A stretch of DNA of 32,000 bases, taken from NCBI RefSeq assembly GCF_000009605.1, contig NC_002528.1:510001-542000 (forward strand). Reading direction: 5' to 3'. The notes under the pieces are model-generated. The model made no database searches. It saw only the letters and a list, made by a program, of their open reading frames with translations, and was not told the DNA's origin. Both the position numbers and the translations under genes were made by a program. The DNA is from Buchnera aphidicola str. APS (Acyrthosiphon pisum). GTDB taxonomy: Bacteria; Pseudomonadota; Gammaproteobacteria; Enterobacterales; Enterobacteriaceae. Shown piece by piece: positions 10,623 to 21,230 of the stretch. Position 1 is the first letter of the stretch. Each line of letters starts with the position of its first letter.

Positions 10623-11912
10623 ATGACAGATAAGAGTAAAGACAATTCTAAAAGTCTTCTTTATTGTTCTTTTTGCGGAAAAAATCAAAAAGAAGTACAA
10701 AAATTAATAGCCGGTCCAAAAGTATATATATGTGACGAATGTATAAGGTTATGTAATGATATTATCACCGAAGAAACTATCAAACAAAATAATATAACTG
10801 ATACTGAAAATAAAATAAATTACTTACCTAAACCACATGAAATAAAAAAACATCTTGATAATTATGTTATAGGACAAAATTATACAAAAAAAGTCCTCTC
10901 TGTTGCAGTTTATAATCATTACAAACGTCTTTATAATTTTAATAAAAAAACAGATTCGGTTGAATTGGGTAAAAGTAATATCTTATTAATAGGTCCCACT
11001 GGAAGTGGAAAAACATTATTAGCACAAACTCTAGCAAAATTATTAGATGTACCATTTACTATTACAGATGCAACAACCTTAACTGAAGCTGGATATGTAG
11101 GAGAAGATGTTGAAAATGTAATACAAAAGTTACTACAAAAATGTAAATATAATGTAAAAAAAGCAGAATTAGGAATTGTATACATAGATGAAATAGATAA
11201 AATAGCAAGAAAATCTGATAATCCATCTATCACTAGAGACGTATCTGGAGAGGGAGTACAACAAGCTCTACTAAAGTTAATTGAAGGAACGTTAGCTTCT
11301 ATTCCACCTCAAGGCGGACGAAAACATCCACAACAAGAGTTTTTACAAGTAAATACCTCAAATATTTTATTTATATGTGCAGGCGCATTTTCAGAATTAT
11401 CTAAAATTGTCTCTAAAAGACTGGATGCAGGAACGGAAATAGGTTTTAAAGCTAACATTAAGGAAAAAAAACAAAAAAAATCAGAAGATTTTTTATTAAA
11501 ACAAGTAGAACCTGAAGATTTGATAAAATTCGGTTTAATTCCAGAATTCATTGGTCGTTTACCGATAATAACTATATTGAATAAATTAACTGAAGATGCA
11601 TTAGTTAATATACTATGCAAACCTAAAAATGCTTTAATTAAACAGTATCAAACATTATTTGAATTAGAAAATGTAAAACTAGAATTTAACGCAGAATCTA
11701 TTCAATTAATCGCAAAAAAAGCTATGAATAAAAACACTGGAGCCAGAGGATTACGATCTATTATTGAAGGTATACTACTTAATATAATGTATGAATTACC
11801 ATCAATGGTTAACATAGAAAAAATATTAATTAATGAGTCTGTTGTAAACTCTAATTCATTGCCAAAAATAATATATGGAAAAAACAAATCAAAAAAAGCA
11901 TCAGGTGAATAA
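10623..11912 (+). CDS. clpX: ATP-dependent Clp protease ATP-binding subunit ClpX
   Basis: Zinc-binding CSFCGKNQ...[11 protein letters not shown], Walker [25 protein letters not shown]-type Walker B ([13 protein letters not shown]), [27 protein letters not shown]. Confidence 0.98.
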   Translation: MTDKSKDNSKSLLYCSFCGKNQKEVQKLIAGPKVYICDECIRLCNDIITEETIKQNNITDTENKINYLPKPHEIKKHLDNYVIGQNYTKKVLSVAVYNHYKRLYNFNKKTDSVELGKSNILLIGPTGSGKTLLAQTLAKLLDVPFTITDATTLTEAGYVGEDVENVIQKLLQKCKYNVKKAELGIVYIDEIDKIARKSDNPSITRDVSGEGVQQALLKLIEGTLASIPPQGGRKHPQQEFLQVNTSNILFICAGAFSELSKIVSKRLDAGTEIGFKANIKEKKQKKSEDFLLKQVEPEDLIKFGLIPEFIGRLPIITILNKLTEDALVNILCKPKNALIKQYQTLFELENVKLEFNAESIQLIAKKAMNKNTGARGLRSIIEGILLNIMYELPSMVNIEKILINESVVNSNSLPKIIYGKNKSKKASGE

Positions 11913-11933
11913 AAAAAACATTTGATGATCCAA

Positions 11934-11960
11934 AAAATAAAGGTAGTTAGCTTTTATTTT
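11934..11960 (+). terminator. Possible AT-rich hairpin downstream of clpX
   Basis: AAAATAAA-ggtagttagct-TTTATTTT inverted repeat (8 bp, possible G-T/G-C extension) just downstream of the clpX stop. Confidence 0.3.
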
Positions 11961-11975
11961 GTCAAACGCTTAGTA

Positions 11976-12000
11976 TTAAACGTCAAGCAACCATCCCGAT
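11976..12000 (+). promoter_or_regulatory. Candidate sigma32 (heat-shock) promoter of lon
   Basis: TTAAAC - 13 nt - CCCGAT followed by ATACT. This matches the layout of the E. coli lon heat-shock promoter (TTGAAT-N13-CCCCATATACTG, from memory). Confidence 0.6.
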
Positions 12001-12103
12001 ATACTTGGCTGATTATAGGTGCAACTTGCATGTTTTATTATATATCGTGCAGTTTTTAAATATTATAAATATCGGGAAAAAATTCAACTAAAGAGAGAGC
12101 TCT

Positions 12104-14437
12104 ATGAATTCTGAGCGTTCTGAACGCATTACAATTCCTGTTTTACCATTGAGAGATGTAGTTATATATCCTCATATGGTAATTCCATTATTTGTAGGTC
12201 GTCAAAAATCAATTAAATGTATTGAAACATCTATGAGTAATGACAAAAAAATTATGTTGATTGCACAAAAAGAAGCATCTAAAGATGAACCTACTCCTAA
12301 AGATTTATTTGATATAGGAACTATTAGTGCAATTTTACAAATGTTAAAATTGCCAGATGGCACAGTAAAGGTATTGATAGAAGGATTACAACGCGCCCAT
12401 ATTAAAAATTTAACAAATAACGGAGAACATTTTATTGCGGAAGTAGAATTAATTTCTTCCTCCAATCTTTTAGATAAAAATCAAGAAGTATTGATTCGTA
12501 CAACAATGAATCAATTTGAATCTTATATTAAACTTAATAAAAAGATTCCATTAGAAATATTAAATGTACTTAATAATATCAAAAATTCAGAAAAACTAGC
12601 AGACACCATTGCTGCTCATATGCCCTTAAAGTTAAATGATAAACAATCAGTCTTAGAAATACGTAATATAAATGATAGATTAGAATTTCTAATGGCTATT
12701 ATGGAATCTGAAATAGATTTACTTCAAGTTGAAAAAAGAATTAGGCATCGTGTTAAAAAACAAATGGAAAAAAGTCAAAGAGAATATTATTTAAATGAAC
12801 AAATTAAAGCCATTCAAAAAGAACTTGGTGATATGGATGAAATTCCAGATGAAAACAAAATATTAAAGCGTAAAATTAAATCATCAAAAATGCCAAAAGA
12901 AGCAAGAGAAAAAACAGAATTAGAATTACAAAAATTAAAAATGATGTCACCTATGTCAGCAGAAGCAACAGTAGTACGAAGTTATATAGATTGGATGATA
13001 CAGGTACCCTGGTACCTTAAAACAAAAATCAAAAAAGATCTCCAACAAGCTAAAAAAATTCTAGATATTGACCATTTTGGTCTTGAAACAGTCAAGGATA
13101 GAATCCTAGAATACTTAGCAGTACAAAGTAGAAAAAATAAAATAAAAGGTCCTATTTTATGTTTAATAGGGCCACCTGGTGTAGGAAAAACATCATTAGG
13201 AAAATCTATCGCAAGATCTACAGGTAGAAAATACGTAAGAATAGCTTTGGGTGGTATAAGAGATGAGGCAGAAATTAGAGGTCATAGACGTACATATATA
13301 GGTTCTATGCCGGGAAAATTAATTCAAAAAATGGCTAAAGCAAAAGTCAAAAATCCTTTATTTTTATTAGATGAAATTGATAAAATGTCTCGTGATATAA
13401 GAGTAGATCCAGCATCTGCTTTATTAGAAGTATTAGATTCAGAACAAAATATGAATTTTAATGATCACTATCTAGAAGTAGATTATGATCTTTCAGATGT
13501 AATGTTTGTAGCAACATCTAATTCAATGAATATACCTGCACCATTACTTGATCGTATGGAAATAATTCGTCTTTCTGGTTATACTGAAGATGAAAAACTA
13601 AATATAGCAAAAAGATATCTATACCCAAAACAAATTGAAAGAAATGGTCTAGAAGAAAATGAGATAAAAATTACCGATTCTGCGATTATTAGTATTATTC
13701 ACTATTATACTCGTGAAGCGGGCGTGCGTAGTTTGGAACGTGAGATTTCTAAAATATGCAGAAAAGCAGTAAAAAATTTAATATTAGATAAATCTTTAAA
13801 ACATATTGAAATAAATAGTAAAAATTTAAAAAAATTCTTAGGAATTAAACGTTTTGATTACGGAAAAATTCATGGTACAAACCAAATTGGACAAGTTATT
13901 GGGCTAGCATGGACTGAAGTAGGTGGAGAATTACTTACAATTGAAACAACATGTGTATCAGGAAAGGGAAAACTTACATACACAGGTTCTTTAGGCGAAG
14001 TTATGCAAGAATCTATTCAAGCTGCATTGACTGTAGTTCGTTCTCAAGCTGATAGATTAGGTATTAAGAAAGATTTTCATGAAAAACATGACATTCATGT
14101 TCATGTTCCTGAAGGTGCAACACCAAAAGATGGACCAAGTGCAGGTGCAGCAATGTGTACAGCTATTGTTTCATCATTAACAAATAATCCAGTTAAATCG
14201 AATGTTGCAATGACGGGTGAAATTACTCTTCATGGGAAAATACTACCTATTGGAGGATTAAAAGAAAAATTATTAGCAGCACATCGTGGGGGGATTAAAA
14301 CAGTATTGATACCCTATGAAAACAAGCGTAATCTTGAAGAAATACCTAAGAATATAATCGAAGGATTAAATATACATCCAATTAAAAAAATAGAAGAAGT
14401 TTTAAAATTATCTTTAGAAAAGATACCTTATGTTTAA
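12104..14437 (+). CDS. lon: ATP-dependent Lon protease
   Basis: MNSERSERITIPVLPLRDVVIYPHMVIPLFVGR, GPPGVGKTSLGKSIA, HVPEGATPKDGPSAGAAM (catalytic Ser), GEITLHGKILPIGGLKEKLLAAHRGG (catalytic Lys). Confidence 0.99.
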   Translation: MNSERSERITIPVLPLRDVVIYPHMVIPLFVGRQKSIKCIETSMSNDKKIMLIAQKEASKDEPTPKDLFDIGTISAILQMLKLPDGTVKVLIEGLQRAHIKNLTNNGEHFIAEVELISSSNLLDKNQEVLIRTTMNQFESYIKLNKKIPLEILNVLNNIKNSEKLADTIAAHMPLKLNDKQSVLEIRNINDRLEFLMAIMESEIDLLQVEKRIRHRVKKQMEKSQREYYLNEQIKAIQKELGDMDEIPDENKILKRKIKSSKMPKEAREKTELELQKLKMMSPMSAEATVVRSYIDWMIQVPWYLKTKIKKDLQQAKKILDIDHFGLETVKDRILEYLAVQSRKNKIKGPILCLIGPPGVGKTSLGKSIARSTGRKYVRIALGGIRDEAEIRGHRRTYIGSMPGKLIQKMAKAKVKNPLFLLDEIDKMSRDIRVDPASALLEVLDSEQNMNFNDHYLEVDYDLSDVMFVATSNSMNIPAPLLDRMEIIRLSGYTEDEKLNIAKRYLYPKQIERNGLEENEIKITDSAIISIIHYYTREAGVRSLEREISKICRKAVKNLILDKSLKHIEINSKNLKKFLGIKRFDYGKIHGTNQIGQVIGLAWTEVGGELLTIETTCVSGKGKLTYTGSLGEVMQESIQAALTVVRSQADRLGIKKDFHEKHDIHVHVPEGATPKDGPSAGAAMCTAIVSSLTNNPVKSNVAMTGEITLHGKILPIGGLKEKLLAAHRGGIKTVLIPYENKRNLEEIPKNIIEGLNIHPIKKIEEVLKLSLEKIPYV

Positions 14438-14477
14438 ATAAAGACCAATATTAACATAATATAAATAAAAAAAACTT

Positions 14478-14499
14478 GGCTGACAAAGAATCGTCAGCC
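14478..14499 (+). terminator. Hairpin downstream of lon, possible terminator
   Basis: GGCTGAC-aaagaatc-GTCAGCC, a perfect 7-bp GC-rich stem in an AT-rich spacer, followed by tatatatttta. Confidence 0.6.
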
Positions 14500-14578
14500 T
14501 ATATATTTTAATATAATAACAAAAACAACAATATTTTTTATTTTACTTAATATTTAAAATATTTAGGATCGTCATATC

Positions 14579-16450
14579 ATGACAAAATATTCACAAGCAC
14601 GATTAAATAGTATTATAGTTAAATTTATTTTAGGAGTAATTATTTTATCTTTGATATTAAGTACTATAAGTATTTATATAAATAGAGATTTTGAAAAATA
14701 CATAGCAACTGTCAATGGTGAAAAAATTAGTTTTAATCTCTTCAAAAAAATGTATTTTATTGAAAGAGAAAAACAAAAAAAAATACTAGGAAAAAATTTT
14801 TTTAAATTTAGTCATAATGAAAATTTTACAAAAGAAACTTATAATTATGTTTTATCTCAATTAATTAATAATGTTCTTTTAGAACAATATGCAAAAAATA
14901 TGAATTATCTCGAAGTCAATGATAATACGATAAAAAAAATAATATACAATTCTCCTATTTTTCAAAAAAACAATAAATTCAGTAAAGAGCGATATTTAAA
15001 TTATCTTACATCTATAAATTCAACTAATCATGAATATATTAATATAATTAAAAAAAAAATAAACACAGAAAATTTAATACATACCATTTCTAAAAGTAAT
15101 TTTATTTTAAAAAAAGAAGAAAAAAATATTATAAAACTATTATCTCAAAAAAGAATAATAAAAAAAGCAATTGTTAAAATAGATCCTTCAATCTATAAAA
15201 AAAATATAACAAATCAAGAAGCACAAATTTATTTCAAAAAAAATCAAGATAATTTTTATATTCCAGAAAAATTTAAAATTAATTTTGTTGAATTAAAAAC
15301 TGATAACTTTAAAATACATTGCGAAAATAAAGAGATTTATGATTGGTATATAAGAAATATTACACAATACTCAACTAAAGAAAAAAGAAGATATAGTATT
15401 ATTCAAGTCAAAAATAAACAACAAGCCATATCGATATTATCTAGATTGCATAATACACCAGAAGATTTTTCAAAAATAGCTCAAGAACAATCAACAGATC
15501 CAATTTCATCAAAAAAAGATGGAGATATTGGCTGGATATCAATAGATCTTATACCAGATGAAATTAAACATGCAAATTTAAATAAAAAAAATCAAATATC
15601 TGATGTTATTCCCTTTCATAATGAATTTTTAATTGTTAAATTAAATGAGACTCAAATTGGGACACAAAAAAAAATATATGAAGTATTTGATAGTATTAAA
15701 AAACAAATAAAACAAAAAAAATCATTAGATTTATATAATGAACTAAAAAATAAAATATCTAATAATCTTAAAAACGATCCAGGAAAAATTGAGAGGATTC
15801 TTAAAGAGAATAACATATTAATTCAAGAAACTGATTGGTTTGATAAAAAATCAATACCTAAAGTATTAAATATTCCTATATTAAAACAATTCATTTTTAA
15901 CAAAAAACTATTTCAAAAAGATACAACAGTCAAACCGCAGTTTCATTTTATTGTTTTAAAAAAAAATCAATCTTTTTTAATTAAAATTAAAAAATTTAAA
16001 AATAAAGAAATTCAACATTTCGAAAATGTTAAAAAAAATATTATAAAAAAATTAAGGTTTATAAAAGCAATAAAAGAAACCAAAAAAAAATCAGAAGAAA
16101 TTATTTATGATTTAACACAAGGAAGAAAAAAATTATTTAAACAATCAAATCTTTATTTCACTGATCCTGAAATTATATCACGTTACGATCTAAGTGCTAT
16201 TACATCGATAGTTTTTTCTTTACCTCATCCACAAAAAGGTAAGAAAATATATACTTTATATAACGATAAAAATAAAAATTTTATAATTATATCACTCGAA
16301 AAAGTTTACAATACAAATTTCTCCGAAAAAGAAAAAAATGTTATTCTTGAATATTTATCAAGACATAATACTGAAATAATTTTTAATTCTATTCTCAAAG
16401 ATTTACGAGAAAAATCAATAATAAAATATGAAAACATAGTAAATAAATAA
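14579..16450 (+). CDS. ppiD: Periplasmic folding chaperone PpiD (SurA_N / parvulin domains)
   Basis: Single N-terminal TM, NGEKISFNLFKKMYF, parvulin-like EDFSKIAQEQSTDPISSKKDGDIGWIS. Located downstream of lon. Confidence 0.9.
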   Translation: MTKYSQARLNSIIVKFILGVIILSLILSTISIYINRDFEKYIATVNGEKISFNLFKKMYFIEREKQKKILGKNFFKFSHNENFTKETYNYVLSQLINNVLLEQYAKNMNYLEVNDNTIKKIIYNSPIFQKNNKFSKERYLNYLTSINSTNHEYINIIKKKINTENLIHTISKSNFILKKEEKNIIKLLSQKRIIKKAIVKIDPSIYKKNITNQEAQIYFKKNQDNFYIPEKFKINFVELKTDNFKIHCENKEIYDWYIRNITQYSTKEKRRYSIIQVKNKQQAISILSRLHNTPEDFSKIAQEQSTDPISSKKDGDIGWISIDLIPDEIKHANLNKKNQISDVIPFHNEFLIVKLNETQIGTQKKIYEVFDSIKKQIKQKKSLDLYNELKNKISNNLKNDPGKIERILKENNILIQETDWFDKKSIPKVLNIPILKQFIFNKKLFQKDTTVKPQFHFIVLKKNQSFLIKIKKFKNKEIQHFENVKKNIIKKLRFIKAIKETKKKSEEIIYDLTQGRKKLFKQSNLYFTDPEIISRYDLSAITSIVFSLPHPQKGKKIYTLYNDKNKNFIIISLEKVYNTNFSEKEKNVILEYLSRHNTEIIFNSILKDLREKSIIKYENIVNK

Positions 16451-17422
16451 CATATACTTTTAGAAAGTTATTCAATATAAGTATATTTTTTTAAATTCGA
16501 ATAACTTTATAAAAAAATTCTAACTTGATTGAAAAAATATTTATTATTAACTATAATATTTTTCATTTTTATTTCAACGATATGAACATAGTAAACGTAA
16601 TTTAATTATTATTAATCTCATATCTTCTTGTCAAAGAAACATAAATTTTAATATTAAAAAATAATATCTTTATTCAAAACTATTAAAAAAATAAATACCT
16701 GATTTAAAAATTATATTAATATAATATTCTATTAGTCTGATAAAACCCATATTTCTAAATTATTTAAAGTAAGTTTAAATATTTAAAATTAATATTTCTA
16801 TTAATATCTAATTTAATAACATTGTTTACTATTTTAAAAAATTTATTTCTATAATTTAAAATAATAAGAAAAATACATTTTATTCATACTCAAAAAAAGT
16901 AGATCTATTTTTTCATGATACATATATATAAAACTGAAATTAAAAAATAAAATATTAAAAAAAGAGAAAACATATTTAAAAAAAAATATGTAATAAAAAG
17001 TAGTATTCTAAATACAATATTTCATTAAAATACTAAAAAATAGACTTAAAAATATTTAACCTCTAAAATTATAACATTTTCTACTTAAATTTTTTAATAT
17101 AAAAATAGAAAAATTTCTTCAAATTTATATCATAAGTTAAAGAATAAACTTCTTTGGATACATGTATATAATGTATTAAATAAATTATTAAATTATATCT
17201 AATCATTAAAAACAAGAAAGATATTGTATTTTTTTATCAATTATAATCTTTAAATTTTTTTTATTTTATACAATAAATGATTATCATTTTGACTATGAAT
17301 AAATCAAATGTTATCAAAAAAATTATTTTTAGATCAAAAAAACAAAAACATTTTTATCTAAAAATAAACACTTTATTGTTAAAAAACCCTTTTTTAATAT
17401 ATCTAAACCTTAGGATTTTTTT
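16451..17422. other. Long AT-rich intergenic region with no ORF; probable eroded gene remnants
   Basis: About 970 bp without an entry in the ORF track, between ppiD and mdlA, where E. coli carries ybaV-fadM-queC-ybaE-cof-ybaO. Confidence 0.6.
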
Positions 17423-19192
17423 GTGAAATTGTTTAATCAGTTAAGATGGTTTTTTGTGCGAGAATGGAAAAGATATTTAGGAGCAATTTTATTATTAATA
17501 ATTATTGCAACTTTGCAATTATTACCCCCTAAAATAGTTGGTGTTTTAATAGATCTAATTATAAAAAAAAATATGCATGGCGTACAAATATTACCGTGGA
17601 TTTTAATTATTTTTTTAGTAGCTGTAATTGTATATATATTACGATATTTATGGAGAATACTCTTATTTGGTGCTTCTTATCAATTAGCAACAGAACTTCG
17701 AGTAAAATTTTATACTTATCTTAGTCAGCAAAGTCAAATATTTTTTTTAAAAAATAGAACTGGAGATTTAATAGCCAGAGCAACAAACGATGTTGATCGT
17801 GTAGTTTTTGCTGCAGGGGAAGGTGTTCTAACACTTGTTGATTCATTGGTTATGGGCTTTTCTGTCTTAATAGTGATGAGTACTCAAATTAGTTTTTTGT
17901 TAACAATAATTTCTTTAATACCTATGCCAATAATGGCTATATTAATAAAAAAATACGGAAAAGAATTACATGAAACTTTTCGTCATGCTCAAATATCTTT
18001 TTCTTTATTAAATAATCAAACACAAGAAATATTAACAAGTATTAGAATGATTAGAGCATTTGGCTTAGAAAAAAATCAATCTAATAAATTTAACATCATT
18101 ACAAGAAATACAGGAAAAAAAAACATGGAAGTAGCTAAAATAGATGCACGTTTTGATCCAGTAATTTATTTGTCAGTAGCTTTTTCTAATTTATTAGCGA
18201 TTATCGGTGGAGGATGGTTGGTATGGAACAATCAGATTAGTATAGGACAATTAACTAGTTTTATTATGTACTTGGGATTAATGATTTGGCCGATGTTAGC
18301 ACTTGCATGGATGTTTAATATAGTTGAAAGAGGCAGTGCAGCTTGGGATAGAATACATTCAATTATAAATAAAAAATTATACATTGAAGATGGAAAGAAC
18401 AATATCCCACCATATCCCGGTATATTGAATATTAATATTAAAAAATTCTACTACCCAAATAATCAAAAACCATCTTTAAAAGATATACGCATCCTTATAA
18501 AACCTGGAAACACTTTAGGTATTTGCGGCCCTACAGGATCTGGAAAAAGCACTTTGTTAATGCTTATTCAAAGACAATTTAATTTTAAAAAAGAAGAAAT
18601 ACATTACCATTCTTTATCATTGCTAGAAATAAAAATCGACGATTGGAGAAGAAGAATCGCTGTTGTAAATCAAACTTCTTTTTTATTTTCAGATACTATA
18701 TCTAATAATATTTCTTTAGGAAAACCTAATGCGTCTCAAAAAGAAATCGAGGAAGTAGCAAAATTAGCTGATGTACATAAAGATATTATCGACTTGCCAG
18801 AAAGATATGAAACTCAAGTAGGAGAACGTGGTGTAATGTTATCTGGTGGTCAAAAACAGCGTGTTTGTATTGCAAGAGCACTATTGTTAAATGCAGAAAT
18901 ATTAATATTAGATGATGCACTCTCTGCTGTTGATGCTCAAACTGAAAATAATATCTTGAAAAATATTAACGAATGGAAAAAAAAGAAACATTCATTGATC
19001 ATTACAACACATCGTCTATCAGCATTAATTAATTCAGATGAAATTATAGTAATTAAGAGTGGTTCCATCATACAAAGAGGAAATCATTTAAAATTAATTC
19101 AAGAAAAAAATTGGTATAAATCTATGTACTATTATCAGCAATCAGAAATAGAACTTGAGGATAATGAAAAAACAGGTGAAAAAAATTTATAA
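17423..19192 (+). CDS. mdlA: ABC transporter ATP-binding/permease protein MdlA
   Basis: GTG start. [58 protein letters not shown]. Paired with mdlB. Confidence 0.94.
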
Positions 19193-19193
19193 C

Positions 19194-20936
19194 ATGAATC
19201 ATTTAATTGCGTTCTGGCCAATTTTAAAACGTCTACTAATTTATGTAAAACCTCATAAAAAAAAATTAATTTTAGCGTTTATTTTTCTTTTAAGTGGATC
19301 AACTTCAGAAGTTTTAGGCCCAATCTTGATCAGTTATTTTATTAATAATATTTTATCTAAACATCAACTACATTTATTAATAATTTTAACTATAATTACA
19401 TTATTTATAATATTACAAATATTATCAGTATTTTTGAATTATTTTCAAAGTATTTTATTTAATAAAATAGCAGTAGAAAGCATTAACAAATTACGTCAAG
19501 ATGTTATGTATGCTGCATTGCAACAACCTATTAGCGAATTTGATTCTCAACCTATTGGACAGATGATTTCAAAAGTAACGAATGATACTGAAGCAGTTAA
19601 AGAACTATATGACACAGTTGGACCTACATTGTTTCGAAGTATAATATTAATTTTTATTATATTATTTGCAATGTTTACTCTTGAATGGCATATGGCCCTT
19701 GTTGCTTTATTTATTTTACCATTAGTCATTACAATTATGCTGGTTTATCAATATTATAGTACGCCACTTTTACGGAAAGTAAGATATTACTTAGCTGAAA
19801 TTAATAATAAATTTAATGAAACGATTAATGGAATGAATGTAATTCAGCAATTCTGTCAGCAACGTAGATTTCAGGAAAAAATAAAAAAAAGTAGTGATTT
19901 ACATTACATGTCACGTATGAAAATATTAAGACTAGACGGTTTTTTATTAAGACCACTTCTGAGTTTATTATCTTCTATGATATTATGTAACTTCATGTTC
20001 TTATTTAGTTTTTTTCCAGTTGGAGCTTTTGAAGTAGGTGTACTATATGCGTTTATTACTTATCTTGGACGACTAAATGAACCTTTAATTGCTATTACAA
20101 TCCAACAGTCAGTATTACAACAATCTATTGTTGCAGGAGAAAGAATATTTTCACTAATAGATTCGCCAAAACAAAAATATGGAAAAAATAAAGATTTATT
20201 AAAAAGTGGAAAAATAAATATTCAAAATGTTAGTTTTTATCATAAAAACTGCAATAAAAATATACTAGAAAATATTAATATTAAAATTTCCTCTAAAAGT
20301 TTTGTTGCATTTGTAGGACATACTGGTAGTGGAAAAAGCACTTTAGCAAATTTAATCATGGGATATTATCCTCTAAAAAATGGAAAAATATATTTAGATG
20401 ACAAGTCTATTGATTCAATAAGTCATAGTGTTTTAAGAAGAAATGTATTAATGGTACAACAAGATCCAATAGTTCTCTCTGATACTTTTTTTTATAATAT
20501 TACATTGGGAAGAAAGATACCTGAAGAAAAAGTTTGGAATATATTAGATACGGTTCATCTTTCAGATTTAGTCAAATCGATGCCTAAAGGTATTTATTCC
20601 CTTCTAGGAGAAGAAGGTAATAATTTATCTGTTGGTCAAAAACAATTATTAGCGATTGCTAGAGTATTGGTTGCATATCCTAAAGTACTTATATTAGATG
20701 AAGCTACTGCTAATATTGATTCTGGAACAGAGCAATTAATTCAAAAAACACTATTATCGATACGAAAAAACTGTACTTTAATAATAATAGCTCATAGACT
20801 TTCGACTATTATCGAAGCAGATTCAATTATAGTTTTAAAAAAGGGGAAAATTGTTGAATTTGGTACTCATGAACAATTATTAACTAAAAAAAGTTGTTAT
20901 TATAAAATGTATAAATTTCAATCATGTAAATTTTAG
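19194..20936 (+). CDS. mdlB: ABC transporter ATP-binding/permease protein MdlB
   Basis: [54 protein letters not shown]. Likely start MNHLIAFWPI, 1 nt after the mdlA stop. The ORF track start at 19155 is an upstream extension. Confidence 0.94.
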   Translation: MNHLIAFWPILKRLLIYVKPHKKKLILAFIFLLSGSTSEVLGPILISYFINNILSKHQLHLLIILTIITLFIILQILSVFLNYFQSILFNKIAVESINKLRQDVMYAALQQPISEFDSQPIGQMISKVTNDTEAVKELYDTVGPTLFRSIILIFIILFAMFTLEWHMALVALFILPLVITIMLVYQYYSTPLLRKVRYYLAEINNKFNETINGMNVIQQFCQQRRFQEKIKKSSDLHYMSRMKILRLDGFLLRPLLSLLSSMILCNFMFLFSFFPVGAFEVGVLYAFITYLGRLNEPLIAITIQQSVLQQSIVAGERIFSLIDSPKQKYGKNKDLLKSGKINIQNVSFYHKNCNKNILENINIKISSKSFVAFVGHTGSGKSTLANLIMGYYPLKNGKIYLDDKSIDSISHSVLRRNVLMVQQDPIVLSDTFFYNITLGRKIPEEKVWNILDTVHLSDLVKSMPKGIYSLLGEEGNNLSVGQKQLLAIARVLVAYPKVLILDEATANIDSGTEQLIQKTLLSIRKNCTLIIIAHRLSTIIEADSIIVLKKGKIVEFGTHEQLLTKKSCYYKMYKFQSCKF

Positions 20937-21044
20937 GAGTTTCTGTTAGCTTTATCAGAACACCTGTATCAATTGATTTGGCTGCTTCCTTCCGAATCTG
21001 ACCAACTATTCAATATTGCAGTGTTTGGAGCTAACAGATAACTC
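20937..21044 (-). ncRNA. ffs: 4.5S RNA, signal recognition particle RNA
   Basis: The reverse strand contains GGTCAGATTCGGAAGGAAGCAGCC (SRP domain IV: GGTCAG...GGAAGCAGCC). The ends pair: 5' GAGTTATCTGTTAGC with 3' GCTAACAGAAACTC. Confidence 0.95.
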
Positions 21045-21230
21045 TTTATTTATATTTTCATAATAAAAAATTAGATTTTTTATTATATAGATGAAATTTA
21101 AAATTTACAACCAATATTTATTTTTAAAAACTATATTTCAAAAATATTTGAAAAATCAAGAAGAGTACTTTCACAATACAATTAATATTGATAGCATAAT
21201 AGTTTTTTAATGAAACATTATGAAATTTAT

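Noticed and set aside
10931-11887. Three minus-strand ORFs (10931-11233, 11309-11620, 11702-11887) inside clpX
   Set aside because: They lie antisense within the well-supported clpX gene and have no recognisable domain. They are explained by the reduced stop frequency opposite a conserved CDS.
12202-12465. Minus-strand ORF inside lon
   Set aside because: Antisense shadow of lon with no recognisable motif.
16451-17422. Possible CRISPR or tandem repeat in the long AT-rich spacer
   Set aside because: Only low-complexity A/T stretches are visible. I saw no regularly spaced repeat units.
19547-19729. Minus-strand ORF inside mdlB
   Set aside because: Antisense shadow ORF, 60 aa, no motif.
17423-20936. 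Tandem pair of ABC half-transporters considered as a toxin/antibiotic export or novel system
   Set aside because: Sequence and order match the ordinary mdlA-mdlB pair retained in Buchnera. Nothing nearby suggests a biosynthetic cluster.
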